The notes: a model not told the origin generated them from the sequence alone. A stretch of 64,000 nt of DNA from Paludibacteraceae bacterium (GCA_036734385.1 DAIMYQ010000004.1:24375-88374); one strand, 5' to 3'; shown: positions 44,969-55,279, counted from the first letter of the stretch. Program-made: numbers and translations.

Positions 44969-46249
44969 ATGGGATATTTTTTTTCATCCGAGTCTGTTTC
45001 GGAAGGTCATCCGGACAAAGTTGCCGATCAAATTTCTGATGCTATTCTTGACAATTTTTTGGCGTTGGACAGTTCTTCAAAAGTTGCTTGTGAAACCCTT
45101 GTAACTACGGGGCAAGTTGTGTTGGCAGGAGAGGTTAACTCAAATGCATATGTTGATGTTCAGTCAGTTGCACGGAGAGTAATTAATCGGATTGGCTACA
45201 CAAAAAGTGAGTATATGTTTGATGGCAATTCTTGTGGAATTTTCTCAGCCATTCATGAACAATCAGGGGATATCAATCGTGGTGTTGTCCGTCAAGACCC
45301 GATGAACCAAGGTGCTGGTGATCAAGGAATGATGTTTGGTTATGCAACAAATGAAACCAAAAATTTGATGCCCATAGCACTCGATTTGTCTCATGCTTTG
45401 GTAGAAGAATTGTCTGCTATTCGTCGTGAAGGAAAAGTAATGACATACCTTCGTCCCGATGCAAAATCGCAAGTTACCATTGAATATGGTGATGATAACA
45501 AACCCAAAAGAATTGATACTATTGTTGTTTCTACTCAACATGATGAGTTCGTTTTGCCTACGGCTAATAAAACAGAAACGGCTGCTGATACGGAAATGTT
45601 AGCAAAAATAGAAGAAGATGTCCGAGAAATCCTCATTCCTCGTGTTATTGCCAAGGATACCGAATATAAAGCTTTGTTTACCAACGACTACAAATTATTT
45701 GTTAATCCTACGGGAAAATTTGTGATCGGAGGTCCTCACGGAGATACCGGTTTGACTGGTCGTAAGATTATTGTAGATACCTATGGAGGAAAAGGAGCCC
45801 ATGGTGGTGGAGCTTTTTCCGGCAAGGATCCTTCCAAAGTTGACCGTTCAGCCGCTTATGCCGCTCGTCATATTGCTAAAAACATTGTTGCCGCAGGTTT
45901 GGCTAACGAAGTATTGGTGCAAGTTGCATATGCCATTGGTGTTGCTAAACCAATGAATTTGTATGTAAATACCTATGGTACTGCTAAAGTAAAATTAAGT
46001 GATGGTGAGATTGCCGAAAAGATTGAAAAACTGTTCGATATGCGTCCAAAAGCAATTGAAGAACGTTTGAAATTGCGTAATCCGATTTACGAAGAAACGG
46101 CATCTTACGGACATATGGGTCGTACTCCCATCGAAGTTGTCAAGAAATTTAAAGATGGAAATGGAAATGAAATTTCAAAAAAAGTGGAATTGTTTACTTG
46201 GGAAAAAGTAGATAAGGTTGCTGAAATCCAAAAAGTATTTGGGTTATAA
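44969..46249 (+). CDS. metK: S-adenosylmethionine synthase
   Basis: [32 protein letters not shown] and [16 protein letters not shown] motifs. Confidence 0.97.
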   Translation: MGYFFSSESVSEGHPDKVADQISDAILDNFLALDSSSKVACETLVTTGQVVLAGEVNSNAYVDVQSVARRVINRIGYTKSEYMFDGNSCGIFSAIHEQSGDINRGVVRQDPMNQGAGDQGMMFGYATNETKNLMPIALDLSHALVEELSAIRREGKVMTYLRPDAKSQVTIEYGDDNKPKRIDTIVVSTQHDEFVLPTANKTETAADTEMLAKIEEDVREILIPRVIAKDTEYKALFTNDYKLFVNPTGKFVIGGPHGDTGLTGRKIIVDTYGGKGAHGGGAFSGKDPSKVDRSAAYAARHIAKNIVAAGLANEVLVQVAYAIGVAKPMNLYVNTYGTAKVKLSDGEIAEKIEKLFDMRPKAIEERLKLRNPIYEETASYGHMGRTPIEVVKKFKDGNGNEISKKVELFTWEKVDKVAEIQKVFGL

Positions 46250-46267
46250 AATTTTGGACAAGCATTT

Positions 46268-47239
46268 ATGAAAATCGCACATATAGAATTTCCTGATAAA
46301 CCACTTTTTTTGGCACCGATGGAGGATGTTACCAATCCTAACTTCCGCCTGCTTTGCAAAAGATTTGGAGCAGATATGGTATATACCGAATTTATTTCTG
46401 CAGATGCCTTGATTCGTAATGTGCAACGTACAGAACAAAAATTGTGTATTTGTGATGAGGAACGACCGGTTGCTATCCAGCTTTACGGAAGAGAGCCTGA
46501 TGCAATGTCGGAAGCTGCTCGCATAGCCGAAACCGCACATCCTGAAATAATAGATTTAAATTTTGGTTGTCCTGTAAAAAAGGTAGCGGGCAAAGGTGCC
46601 GGTGCCGGTTTGTTGAAAGATGTTCCCAAAATGCTCAAAATAACTAAGGAAGTTGTAAATGCAGTAAAAACACCTGTTACCGTAAAAACTCGTTTAGGTT
46701 GGGACGATGATAATCGCATTATTGTCGATTTAGCGGAGCAATTACAGGATTGCGGCATCGCAGCCATCACCATTCATGGTCGTACAAGAAGCCAAATGTA
46801 CAGAGGGAACGCTGATTGGACACTTATTGGTAAAGTAAAAAACAATCCTCGAATGAATATTCCTGTTATTGGTAATGGCGACGTGACAACTCCCGAACGT
46901 GCACAAGAATGTTTTGATACCTATGGAGTGGATGCTGTTATGATAGGTAGGGCTTCTATTGGTAAGCCTTGGATTTTCAAAGAAATGAAATATTATTTGC
47001 AGACAGGAGAGCATATTATTCCATTTGCTTTTCAGGAACAAATGGAAATTATAAAAGAACAAGTATTACGTAGTGTGGAATGGTTGGATGAAAGACGAGG
47101 CATTTTGCACATTCGCAGACATTTGGCTGCTGCTCCTTTATTTAAAGGTATTCCTAATTTTAAGGAAACCCGTATAGCCATGCTGCGAGCTGCTACGGTG
47201 GAAGAGCTTTTTGCTATTTTTGATTCAATAGAACAATAA
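46268..47239 (+). CDS. dusB: tRNA-dihydrouridine synthase
   Basis: LAPMEDVTNPNFR, DLNFGCPVKKV and ITIHGRTR motifs. Confidence 0.9.
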   Translation: MKIAHIEFPDKPLFLAPMEDVTNPNFRLLCKRFGADMVYTEFISADALIRNVQRTEQKLCICDEERPVAIQLYGREPDAMSEAARIAETAHPEIIDLNFGCPVKKVAGKGAGAGLLKDVPKMLKITKEVVNAVKTPVTVKTRLGWDDDNRIIVDLAEQLQDCGIAAITIHGRTRSQMYRGNADWTLIGKVKNNPRMNIPVIGNGDVTTPERAQECFDTYGVDAVMIGRASIGKPWIFKEMKYYLQTGEHIIPFAFQEQMEIIKEQVLRSVEWLDERRGILHIRRHLAAAPLFKGIPNFKETRIAMLRAATVEELFAIFDSIEQ

Positions 47240-47263
47240 ATGAATTGGTTTACAACCGGCAAT

Positions 47264-47295
47264 AAAAAAGTCCGAATAACGATTCGGACTTTTTT
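47264..47295. terminator. Bidirectional rho-independent terminator (dusB / rpsO convergent)
   Basis: 14-bp stem AAAAAAGTCCGAAT (47264-47277) / ATTCGGACTTTTTT (47282-47295) with a 4-nt loop. Confidence 0.85.
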
Positions 47296-47318
47296 GTGTT
47301 TCATTAAAGCAAGCGGGA

Positions 47319-47588
47319 TTATTTTCTAATACCCAATTCTTTAATAATGGCACGATAACGATTGATGTCTATTGCTTTCAAATAGTCAAGCATACGACGA
47401 CGTTTTCCTACCAATGCTACTAAAGCACGCTCTGTGCTATGATCTTTGTGATTTGACTTTGTGTGTTCAGTCAAATGAGAGATACGGTATGAGAATAATG
47501 CTATCTGGCTTTCAGGTGAGCCGGTATCAGTATTGGACTTTCCGTATTTCCCGAAGATTTCTTCTTTTTTTTCTTTGTTTAAGTACAT
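47319..47588 (-). CDS. rpsO: 30S ribosomal protein S15
   Basis: 89 aa with GSPESQIALFSYRISHLTEH and ...LVGKRRRMLDYL. Confidence 0.97.
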   Translation of the reverse strand: MYLNKEKKEEIFGKYGKSNTDTGSPESQIALFSYRISHLTEHTKSNHKDHSTERALVALVGKRRRMLDYLKAIDINRYRAIIKELGIRK

Positions 47589-47625
47589 AACAAGTTTTTT
47601 CTGGGAAACGTTAATAAAATGTCGG

Positions 47626-47633
47626 CAAAGATA
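47626..47633 (-). promoter_or_regulatory. Candidate -7 box (TATCTTTG) for rpsO
   Basis: TAnnTTTG match on the minus strand 37 nt upstream of the ATG at 47588. Confidence 0.55.
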
Positions 47634-47717
47634 ACCATAACTTTTTTACAACCAATAATCTTTCTTAAAAAAGTTTCGCGAAAAAGCTGTTTTGCTTTCT
47701 TTTTTATTAAAAATGAT

Positions 47718-47725
47718 TACTTTTG
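47718..47725 (+). promoter_or_regulatory. Candidate -7 box (TACTTTTG) for the DUF2723-like gene
   Basis: TAnnTTTG match 35 nt upstream of the ATG at 47761. Confidence 0.5.
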
Positions 47726-47760
47726 TTCGCTTTAAAAAATTCAAAAAAAATAGCCTCTAA

Positions 47761-50700
47761 ATGAAACACTTTAAACTGATAAACAATCTTTTCGGTTGGC
47801 TTTGTTTTCTTGTTGCAGCCGTAGTCTATGGCTTAACTATTGAGCCTACTGCTAGTTTTTGGGATTGTGGGGAATTTATTTCTACCGCATTTAAGATGGA
47901 AGTAGGACATCCGCCCGGAGCACCCTTTTTCATGTTAGTCGGCAAATTTTTCACACTTTTTACTTCTGACCCCACCCATGTTGCTAGGATGGTTAATCTC
48001 ATGTCTGCGATGTTTAGTGGGCTTACCATTATGTTTTTGTTTTGGACAATTACACATTTGGCAAAAAAAATAATTGTTAAAGACGAAAAAGGTATAAGCT
48101 TTAGTCAGTCAATTGTTATCTTAGGTAGTGGCTTGGTTGGTGCCATGGCATATGCTTTTTCCGATACCTTTTGGTTTTCAGCAGTTGAAGGAGAAGTGTA
48201 TGCTTCTTCTTCCCTTTTCACCGCGGTCGTTTTTTGGCTTATCTTAAAGTGGGAAGATCAAGTAGATAAACCTCGTTCAGATAGGTATTTGATTCTTATT
48301 GCTTATTTAATGGGGCTTTCTATTGGTGTTCACTTACTAAATTTGCTTACAATTCCTGCCATTGTTTTGGTCTATTATTTCAGAAAAACATCTTCTCCAA
48401 ATTGGAAAGGCGGCGTTTTAGCTCTTCTTATTTCTTTTGCAATGTTGGCATTTGTGATGTATGGGCTGATTCCCGGAGTTGTTGGAAATGCAGGGTTGTT
48501 CGAACTCTTTTTTGTCAATACATTAGGTTTTTCATTCAATATAGGGGCATTCTTGTATGTCGTTTTGGCCATTGCAGTTCTTGTTTGGTCTATTGTAGAA
48601 CTCTATAGGGCTAAACCTTCAGCTTTGAGGATAAAAATATCATTTATTCTTTCGTTGGTTTTATTGGGAGTCCCATTTTTGGCTGGAAGTCTTTGGGTTG
48701 GCATTTTAATTATTGCCGCCATTGTTTGGTATTTTGTTAAAAAGAAGGAAAAAGTCAATATTCGTCTATTGAGTACTATTATTGTTTCTTTAACGGTTAT
48801 GCTTATTGGATATTCCAGTTATGCTATCGTTGTTATTCGTTCAGCGGCAAATCCTCCGATGGATCAAAATTCTCCGGATAATGTATTTGCATTGCAAAGC
48901 TATCTGAATAGAGAGCAATATGGTGATAGACCTTTGTTTTATGGAGAATATTATTCTGCAGAACCGAAATTAGTTGCAGAAGGAGGTTATTGTAAACCCG
49001 TTATTATAAAAGGTGCAAAAACTTGGGGAAAAAAGGAGAAAGATTCATCTGATGAGAAAGATGAATACGTTGTAACAGGAACCAAAGATAAGGTAGAATA
49101 TGACAGCCAGTTTCAGACTTTCTTTCCTCGTATGTACAGTTCCAATGAAGATCACATTGCTGCATACAAAGGATGGGTAAAGATAAAAGGTAAAACGGTA
49201 AAATACGATCGTTGTGGTCAGGAAGTTGATATTACTGTTCCTACATTTGGTGAAAATTTGAAGTTTTTCTTTACTTATCAGCTCAATTACATGTACTGGC
49301 GTTATTTCATGTGGAATTTTTCCGGACGTCAAAATGATATGCAGGGACATGGAGAAGTTACTTGTGGTAATTGGATTACAGGTTTTAATTTCATAGACAA
49401 AGGTATGGTAGGCGATCAAACTAATTTGCCTGCCGAATATGCTCAAAATAAAGGAAGAAATATTTATTATATGTTACCTCTGTTGTTGGGTTTAATTGGA
49501 ATTTGTTTTCATTTATTACTTTCCGGTAAAAAAGGTGTTCAAGGTTTTTGGGTGGTAGGTATGTTATTTTTTATGACAGGTATTGCCATTGTGCTTTACC
49601 TCAACCAAGGACCTTCAGAACCCAGGGAAAGAGATTATGCCTATGCAGGTTCGTTCTATGCGTTTGCTATTTGGATAGGTTTTGGAGTTGCAGGGATTGC
49701 CAAGTTTTTGGAGGATAAAAAAGTGCCAGCAATACTAGCTGCAGTAATAGCTTTCCTTTTCGCTGCTCCGGTGCCGGTTCTTATGGCTCAACAAAATTGG
49801 GATGACCATGATCGTTCAAATCGTTATGTAGTAAGAGATTTTGCTCAAAATTATTTCAATTCCTGTGCTCCTAATGCAATTCTTTTTACGAATGGAGATA
49901 ATGATACGTTCCCTTTATGGTACACTCAGGAAGTGGAAGGTGCAAATGTAGCGATGGACAAACGTGTTTGTAATTTGAGCTATTTTAATACCGATTGGTA
50001 TATTGATCAAATGAAACGCCCTGCTTATAAATCTAAAGCAATGCCTATTTCATGGGGACGAAAAACATATGCAGAAGGCAAGAGAAATTATGCTTACGTA
50101 CTAGATCGTATGCCTGTTTCTGCTAACTTGAAAGATGCATTGACTTTCTTGGCAAGTGATGATCCGAGGACAAAGATAGATCCTCAAACCGGTGAAACAC
50201 GTGACTTCATACCTGCAGTAAAACTTACTTGTCCTGTTAATGCGGATAATTTGGTAAAACAAGGAGCCATAAAAGAAGAAGAAAAAGCATCTATTTTGCC
50301 AAATATGACCTTGAAGTTTAAGGATAAACAGATGTTAACCAAAAGTGAATTAATGATTTTGGAAACGATAGCTCAAAATAATTTTGAGCGACCCATCTAC
50401 TATGCCGTTACAGTGGGTTCTGAAATGTATTTGGACTTGAAAAAATATTTTCAATTGGAAGGTTTTGCTTATCGGATTGTTCCAAGATCGGATAGTACTA
50501 TGCAGAATACCTATGTAAATACGGATTTGATGTATGACAATATGATGCACAAATTCAAATTTGGTGGCATTGAAAATCCACATGTTTACCTCGATGAAAA
50601 TATCCTTCGAATGACCCGTTTACACCGTCAAATGTTTGCGAGTCTGGCTGAAGCATTAATCTCTGAAAACAAGAAAGATAAAGCTTTGGGGGTTATTGAT

Positions 50701-51021
50701 TACTGTATGAAGGTAATACCGGGAAAAACAGTACCCCACGATTATTCTTCTTGCTCTTTAGTCGAATATTATTATGCGTTAGGTCAACCTAAAAAAGCTA
50801 AAGCTTTGGCTAACGAAATTGGAGACAGAGCAATTGAAAATCTAGCTTGGTTGTCGAAATTAACATCTGATCAGCAAGCTAGTGCAACCTATGATATTTA
50901 TCGTAACTTTGCGTCTATACGTAATATTGCCTACATTACTCGCCAGTATGATAAAGAATTATTCAAAAAATATTATGACGTTTTTGTATTATATGCAGAT
51001 AAATACGATAGCCTAAAATAA
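47761..51021 (+). CDS. Large polytopic membrane protein, DUF2723/TMEM260-like putative GT-C glycosyltransferase with a C-terminal helical-repeat domain
   Basis: 1086 aa. The N-terminus has ...TASFWDCGEFISTAFKMEVGHPPGAPFF, typical of DUF2723. It has more than 10 TM helices, a soluble middle region and a helical-repeat C-terminus. Confidence 0.65.
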   Translation: MKHFKLINNLFGWLCFLVAAVVYGLTIEPTASFWDCGEFISTAFKMEVGHPPGAPFFMLVGKFFTLFTSDPTHVARMVNLMSAMFSGLTIMFLFWTITHLAKKIIVKDEKGISFSQSIVILGSGLVGAMAYAFSDTFWFSAVEGEVYASSSLFTAVVFWLILKWEDQVDKPRSDRYLILIAYLMGLSIGVHLLNLLTIPAIVLVYYFRKTSSPNWKGGVLALLISFAMLAFVMYGLIPGVVGNAGLFELFFVNTLGFSFNIGAFLYVVLAIAVLVWSIVELYRAKPSALRIKISFILSLVLLGVPFLAGSLWVGILIIAAIVWYFVKKKEKVNIRLLSTIIVSLTVMLIGYSSYAIVVIRSAANPPMDQNSPDNVFALQSYLNREQYGDRPLFYGEYYSAEPKLVAEGGYCKPVIIKGAKTWGKKEKDSSDEKDEYVVTGTKDKVEYDSQFQTFFPRMYSSNEDHIAAYKGWVKIKGKTVKYDRCGQEVDITVPTFGENLKFFFTYQLNYMYWRYFMWNFSGRQNDMQGHGEVTCGNWITGFNFIDKGMVGDQTNLPAEYAQNKGRNIYYMLPLLLGLIGICFHLLLSGKKGVQGFWVVGMLFFMTGIAIVLYLNQGPSEPRERDYAYAGSFYAFAIWIGFGVAGIAKFLEDKKVPAILAAVIAFLFAAPVPVLMAQQNWDDHDRSNRYVVRDFAQNYFNSCAPNAILFTNGDNDTFPLWYTQEVEGANVAMDKRVCNLSYFNTDWYIDQMKRPAYKSKAMPISWGRKTYAEGKRNYAYVLDRMPVSANLKDALTFLASDDPRTKIDPQTGETRDFIPAVKLTCPVNADNLVKQGAIKEEEKASILPNMTLKFKDKQMLTKSELMILETIAQNNFERPIYYAVTVGSEMYLDLKKYFQLEGFAYRIVPRSDSTMQNTYVNTDLMYDNMMHKFKFGGIENPHVYLDENILRMTRLHRQMFASLAEALISENKKDKALGVIDYCMKVIPGKTVPHDYSSCSLVEYYYALGQPKKAKALANEIGDRAIENLAWLSKLTSDQQASATYDIYRNFASIRNIAYITRQYDKELFKKYYDVFVLYADKYDSLK

Positions 51022-51037
51022 AAAAGACAGAATTCGG

Positions 51038-51643
51038 ATGCTGATAGAACAAGTACCTGTCTTTTTTCGAGGATTCTTTCATCCTGTATTGTGGAGAGAA
51101 AGTAAGAAAGAAAAAAGTATTTACCTTACTTTTGATGATGGTCCGATACCTGAGGTAACCCCTTGGGTACTCGACCAACTTGATGCGTTAGGTATAAAAG
51201 CAACTTTCTTTTGCATTGGAAATAACGTGGAAAAGAATCCCGATATTTTCGAAGAAATAAAAAAAAGAGGACATCAAGTAGGGTCTCACGGATACTCTCA
51301 TATTCGTGGAATGTATAAAAATACCGAGTCTTTTTTTGCTGATATTGAAAAGGCTGACACACTAATTAAAAGTCATTTATTTCGACCTCCTCATGGACAT
51401 ATTACTCCTGTTCAAATTCGGGCACTGAAAAAGTATAAAATAGTTTTGTGGGATGTAATTACTCGTGATTATAATCCAAATTTAGCTCCCGAAAAAATTC
51501 TTGTTATTGCGAAAAAATATACTCGAAATGGGTCGATTATCGTTTTTCATGATTCTCTCAAAGCTCAAGAAAATATGCGTTATGCATTCCCTTTAGCGGT
51601 AAAATATTTTCAGGAGCAGGGCTTTGTATTCAAAACCCTATGA
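51038..51643 (+). CDS. Polysaccharide deacetylase (NodB-homology, CE4) family protein
   Basis: LTFDDGP, HGYSH and RPPHG motifs. Confidence 0.8.
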   Translation: MLIEQVPVFFRGFFHPVLWRESKKEKSIYLTFDDGPIPEVTPWVLDQLDALGIKATFFCIGNNVEKNPDIFEEIKKRGHQVGSHGYSHIRGMYKNTESFFADIEKADTLIKSHLFRPPHGHITPVQIRALKKYKIVLWDVITRDYNPNLAPEKILVIAKKYTRNGSIIVFHDSLKAQENMRYAFPLAVKYFQEQGFVFKTL

Positions 51644-51757
51644 GGTTAAGCTGAATTCTCTCTCCTATTTTTAATTAATTTTTTTTTAATCTATCCAAAC
51701 ATCCTTTTTCACAATATAGGATACCTTTTTCAGTTTTAATGACAAAACTAAACTAGT

Positions 51758-52309
51758 ATGATTATGAAACGATTAATTTTTATGTTTTCATTCGCTGTTG
51801 TCGGTTGCTTAGGAGCCTTTGCTCAACAGAATTCAAGTCCTCAAGGAGATTTTGACTTGAAATCAAGAGAAAAAGGATTCCCTCAGCAAAGTTTTGATGC
51901 TGAAACAGAGGCTGTTAAGAAATCAATGCTGCTTAAAAAAGAACTTCAATTGAGCGAGAAACAGCACAAAAAAGTATATGATGTTATTTATAAGGAAATG
52001 AAAAAACGTCAACCGGAAGCTGATAATTTTTCCGATGATAAAGGTTATCAAGGTAGTCATGGTGGTCCTACTGCAGGCATGCCTCTACAAGGTGCCGGTA
52101 GACCGGAAATTGATGATAGAAGTGACGATATGCACCCAAAATTCAACAGACCGCCGAAAGAACTTTCTCCGAAGGAAATCCAGACATCTCAGTTAAAAAC
52201 AAGAAAAAAGTTCAAGAAGATTTTGTCTTCCGAGCAGTATGACAAATGGCTTATTATGGAAAGCAACAAGCCAGAACCTTGTCCGGAGAGACCCATGATG
52301 AAACAATGA
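51758..52309 (+). CDS. Secreted low-complexity protein with LTxxQ-like repeats (Spy/CpxP- or DUF4890-like)
   Basis: Signal peptide, then LQLSEKQHKKV and LSSEQYDKW motifs. Charged and Pro/Gly-rich in the middle. Confidence 0.45.
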   Translation: MIMKRLIFMFSFAVVGCLGAFAQQNSSPQGDFDLKSREKGFPQQSFDAETEAVKKSMLLKKELQLSEKQHKKVYDVIYKEMKKRQPEADNFSDDKGYQGSHGGPTAGMPLQGAGRPEIDDRSDDMHPKFNRPPKELSPKEIQTSQLKTRKKFKKILSSEQYDKWLIMESNKPEPCPERPMMKQ

Positions 52310-52326
52310 TAAATAAAGCGACAAGT

Positions 52327-52372
52327 CCTTATAAACTAACTGGAAGCAAATTTATAAGGGCTTATTTTTTTT
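52327..52372 (+). terminator. Rho-independent terminator
   Basis: 9-bp stem CCTTATAAA (52327-52335) / TTTATAAGG (52351-52359), followed by GCTTATTTTTTTT. Confidence 0.6.
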
Positions 52373-52423
52373 ATAATAGACAAAACAGGAGACCAATGTC
52401 TGTGTAAATTTGCGATTTATGCT

Positions 52424-52431
52424 TAAATTTG
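52424..52431 (+). promoter_or_regulatory. Candidate -7 box (TAAATTTG) for purD; an identical copy lies at 52405-52412
   Basis: TAnnTTTG match 40 nt upstream of the ATG at 52472. It argues against the track's TTG start at 52451. Confidence 0.45.
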
Positions 52432-52471
52432 TCCGATTTTTAAATCTTTTTTGATAAAACGCAAGTTAAAT

Positions 52472-53746
52472 ATGAATCACAATATTCTTCTTTTAGGTTC
52501 AGGCGGTAGAGAGCATGCTTTAGCTTGGAAATTGGCTCAAAGTAGCAAATTAAATAAACTTTTCATTGCTCCTGGTAATGCAGGAACTTCCAATGTCGGC
52601 GAAAATGTTAATATTCAGCCTGAGGATTTTCCAGCTATTCAACAATTTGTGGAAAGCAATAACGTTACCATGGTTGTTGTGGGTTCTGAAGCTCCTTTGG
52701 TGGCAGGTATTTCCGATTTTTTTAGAAACACACCTTCATTGGCAAGTGTGCCTGTAATAGGTCCATCCAAATTTGGTGCACAACTGGAAGGTAGCAAAGA
52801 ATTTGCCAAAGAGTTTATGATTAGACATCATATTCCGACTGCTGGCTACAAATCCGTTAACAAAAATAATTTGGAAGAAGGTATTTCTTTTTTACAAAGC
52901 TTAAAAGCTCCTTATGTGCTCAAAGCAGACGGTTTAGCTGCCGGTAAGGGAGTCCTTATTTTAGATAATTTAGATGAAGCTATTGCTGAATTGACCAATA
53001 TGCTTGCCGGTAAGTTTGGTCAGGCGAGTAATACTGTTGTGATTGAAGAATTTTTGTCAGGTATTGAATGTTCTGTTTTTGCATTAACCGATGGAGAAAA
53101 ATATGTTGTTTTGCCGGAAGCTAAAGACTACAAACGTATTGGAGAAGGCGATAAAGGTCCAAATACAGGTGGCATGGGAGCTATTTCTCCTGTAAGTTTT
53201 GTTACTCCCGAATTTATGGAGAAGGTTCAAAATCGCATTATCAAACCGACAATAAAAGGCTTGCATGATGAAAAGATTGATTATAAAGGTTTTATCTTCT
53301 TTGGTTTAATAAAAGTAGGAGAAGAACCTTACGTGATTGAGTACAACGCTCGTATGGGCGACCCTGAAACGGAAGCTGTTATGTTACGTTTGAAGAATGA
53401 CCTAGTCGATTTGTTTGAATCAACTGTTTACGGAACTCTTAATAAACATCAAATTGAGATAGATTCTCGTTTTGCTGTTACGGTTATGCTTGTTTCAGGA
53501 GGTTATCCTGGAGACTATGAGAAAGGAAAAGAAATAACTGGTGTTGAGAATGTAACTGAAAGTATTGTTTTTCACGCCGGAACAAAATTGGTAAATGATA
53601 AACTTGTTACTAACGGAGGTCGTGTTATGGCTATCAGTTCTTATGGATCAACTAAAAATGATGCTTTGGCATGTTCTTTCCAAAATGCTCAAAAAATTAA
53701 TTATCAAGGAAAATATTTTCGTTCCGATATTGGGTTCGATTTATAA
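52472..53746 (+). CDS. purD: Phosphoribosylamine--glycine ligase
   Basis: MNHNILLLGSGGREHALAWKL, the ATP-grasp body and EYNARMGDPE motif. Confidence 0.95.
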   Translation: MNHNILLLGSGGREHALAWKLAQSSKLNKLFIAPGNAGTSNVGENVNIQPEDFPAIQQFVESNNVTMVVVGSEAPLVAGISDFFRNTPSLASVPVIGPSKFGAQLEGSKEFAKEFMIRHHIPTAGYKSVNKNNLEEGISFLQSLKAPYVLKADGLAAGKGVLILDNLDEAIAELTNMLAGKFGQASNTVVIEEFLSGIECSVFALTDGEKYVVLPEAKDYKRIGEGDKGPNTGGMGAISPVSFVTPEFMEKVQNRIIKPTIKGLHDEKIDYKGFIFFGLIKVGEEPYVIEYNARMGDPETEAVMLRLKNDLVDLFESTVYGTLNKHQIEIDSRFAVTVMLVSGGYPGDYEKGKEITGVENVTESIVFHAGTKLVNDKLVTNGGRVMAISSYGSTKNDALACSFQNAQKINYQGKYFRSDIGFDL

Positions 53747-53748
53747 CT

Positions 53749-54738
53749 ATGAGTAACAGAACAAATCAAATTCTTTTGCCTTGGGCAATTTTCTTGTTTA
53801 CAGCCGTTTTTGGCGTGTGTTTTTGGTTGAAAGCACTTCTAGTTTCGTATTCTGCAGCTTTTCCTGCAAAAGAAGATGTCTTGTTCTACTCTCTCAATCA
53901 AGTTCTTCCATATGACTCTTTCGAGGCAAAGATAACAGCCTTTGCAGCCGTTATTCTATTAGGTGTTTTTCTCTTTTTGGCAAATAGAAAATACCTTTTC
54001 TTAAGGGAAAAGTCTTCTTTTCTCATTTTCTTCTTAATTTTATTAATAGGGATTAATGAAGGCTCTCACAGTTTAAATCCAGGAGTTATAGGTCTAGTAT
54101 TTATGTTATTGGCATTTGTTCGTTTTTTGGGAATGTTTGAAAATCGGTATTCTGTTTGGAATTCTTTTGATATAGGCTTTTATTTGTCTTTGGGAAGTCT
54201 TTTCTTTTTTGAAATGATTTATTATGTTCCTATCTTTTGGATGGGATATTTTTTGTATCAACAATTCAATATTAAGACTTTGATAGCCTCTTTTATGGGC
54301 TGTTTAACTCCTTATGCTTTAGTTGCAGGCATTTTTTTCTTAACGGATAATCTTGATACCCTGATTTTCTCTATTGTGCAAAATTTTGATGTGAGTTTCT
54401 TAGGAATGACGTTTTATACTCCATGGAATATCGCTTCTTTTGCGTTGATTATTATCATAGCTCTCATTTCATTTGTTCACTTTATCGTTCAGTACAACAA
54501 CGACAAAATCAAGACAAGAGGTACGCTTTTGTTTGTGTATTTACTACTTGTTTTTTCTATCTTTTTAGGATTATTTTCCGAAGATATCTTTTTGTTTGAA
54601 ATGCCTCTTATTTGTCTCTTTTTGAGTATAATTTTTACACATTTCTTTTCCATTAATACCTCTCGTTTTTCACGTTTCGTCTTTTATGCCTTCTGGGTTC
54701 TGAGCATCATTGGGTATTCAATTCAAAATATTCTATAA
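53749..54738 (+). CDS. Polytopic membrane protein of unknown function
   Basis: 329 aa and highly hydrophobic, with about 9 predicted TM helices. No catalytic motif recognised. Confidence 0.5.
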   Translation: MSNRTNQILLPWAIFLFTAVFGVCFWLKALLVSYSAAFPAKEDVLFYSLNQVLPYDSFEAKITAFAAVILLGVFLFLANRKYLFLREKSSFLIFFLILLIGINEGSHSLNPGVIGLVFMLLAFVRFLGMFENRYSVWNSFDIGFYLSLGSLFFFEMIYYVPIFWMGYFLYQQFNIKTLIASFMGCLTPYALVAGIFFLTDNLDTLIFSIVQNFDVSFLGMTFYTPWNIASFALIIIIALISFVHFIVQYNNDKIKTRGTLLFVYLLLVFSIFLGLFSEDIFLFEMPLICLFLSIIFTHFFSINTSRFSRFVFYAFWVLSIIGYSIQNIL

Positions 54739-54740
54739 AG

Positions 54741-55199
54741 ATGCAAAATTTGCTTGTCGGTTTTGCCGATTATGGCTATTGGGGGCTTTTTTTAGCTTCT
54801 TTTTTAGCAGCAACAATTTTGCCTTTTAGCTCTGAAATTGTTTTTACAACACTGTTGTATACTATTAAATGTGATGCCTGGACGTGCATCTTCGCAGCAA
54901 CTATTGGCAATTGGTTGGGCGGAATGACTTGCTATTATTTAGGTAGATTGGGTAAGATGGAATGGATAGAAAAATACTTAAGAGTTAGTTCCCAAAAAGT
55001 CGATTTGTGGGGGAAAAAGTTGCAAGGGAAAGCTTCGTGGGCAGCTTTTTTTTCTTTTTTACCTGGTGTTGGCGATCTTATTGCATTGGCTGCAGGCTTT
55101 TTACGGGCAAACCCATATGTAACGGCTGTGTCGATGCTATTGGGTAAGTTTGTACGTTACGTAGTTTGGGTATATGTCTCCTATTGGGTGTGGATGTAG
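54741..55199 (+). CDS. YqaA/DedA-related small membrane protein
   Basis: 152 aa. GYWGLFLASFLAATILPFSSE is typical of YqaA-family proteins. Confidence 0.6.
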   Translation: MQNLLVGFADYGYWGLFLASFLAATILPFSSEIVFTTLLYTIKCDAWTCIFAATIGNWLGGMTCYYLGRLGKMEWIEKYLRVSSQKVDLWGKKLQGKASWAAFFSFLPGVGDLIALAAGFLRANPYVTAVSMLLGKFVRYVVWVYVSYWVWM

Positions 55200-55271
55200 G
55201 TAGTAAAAATAAAAACAGGAAATAGAAAAAATAAAATTGTTGAAAAGTTTTTCTGTTTCAATAAAATGCAG

Positions 55272-55279
55272 TATTTTTG
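55272..55279 (+). promoter_or_regulatory. Candidate -7 box (TATTTTTG) for rplM-rpsI
   Basis: TAnnTTTG match 119 nt upstream of the proposed GTG start at 55399. Confidence 0.5.
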
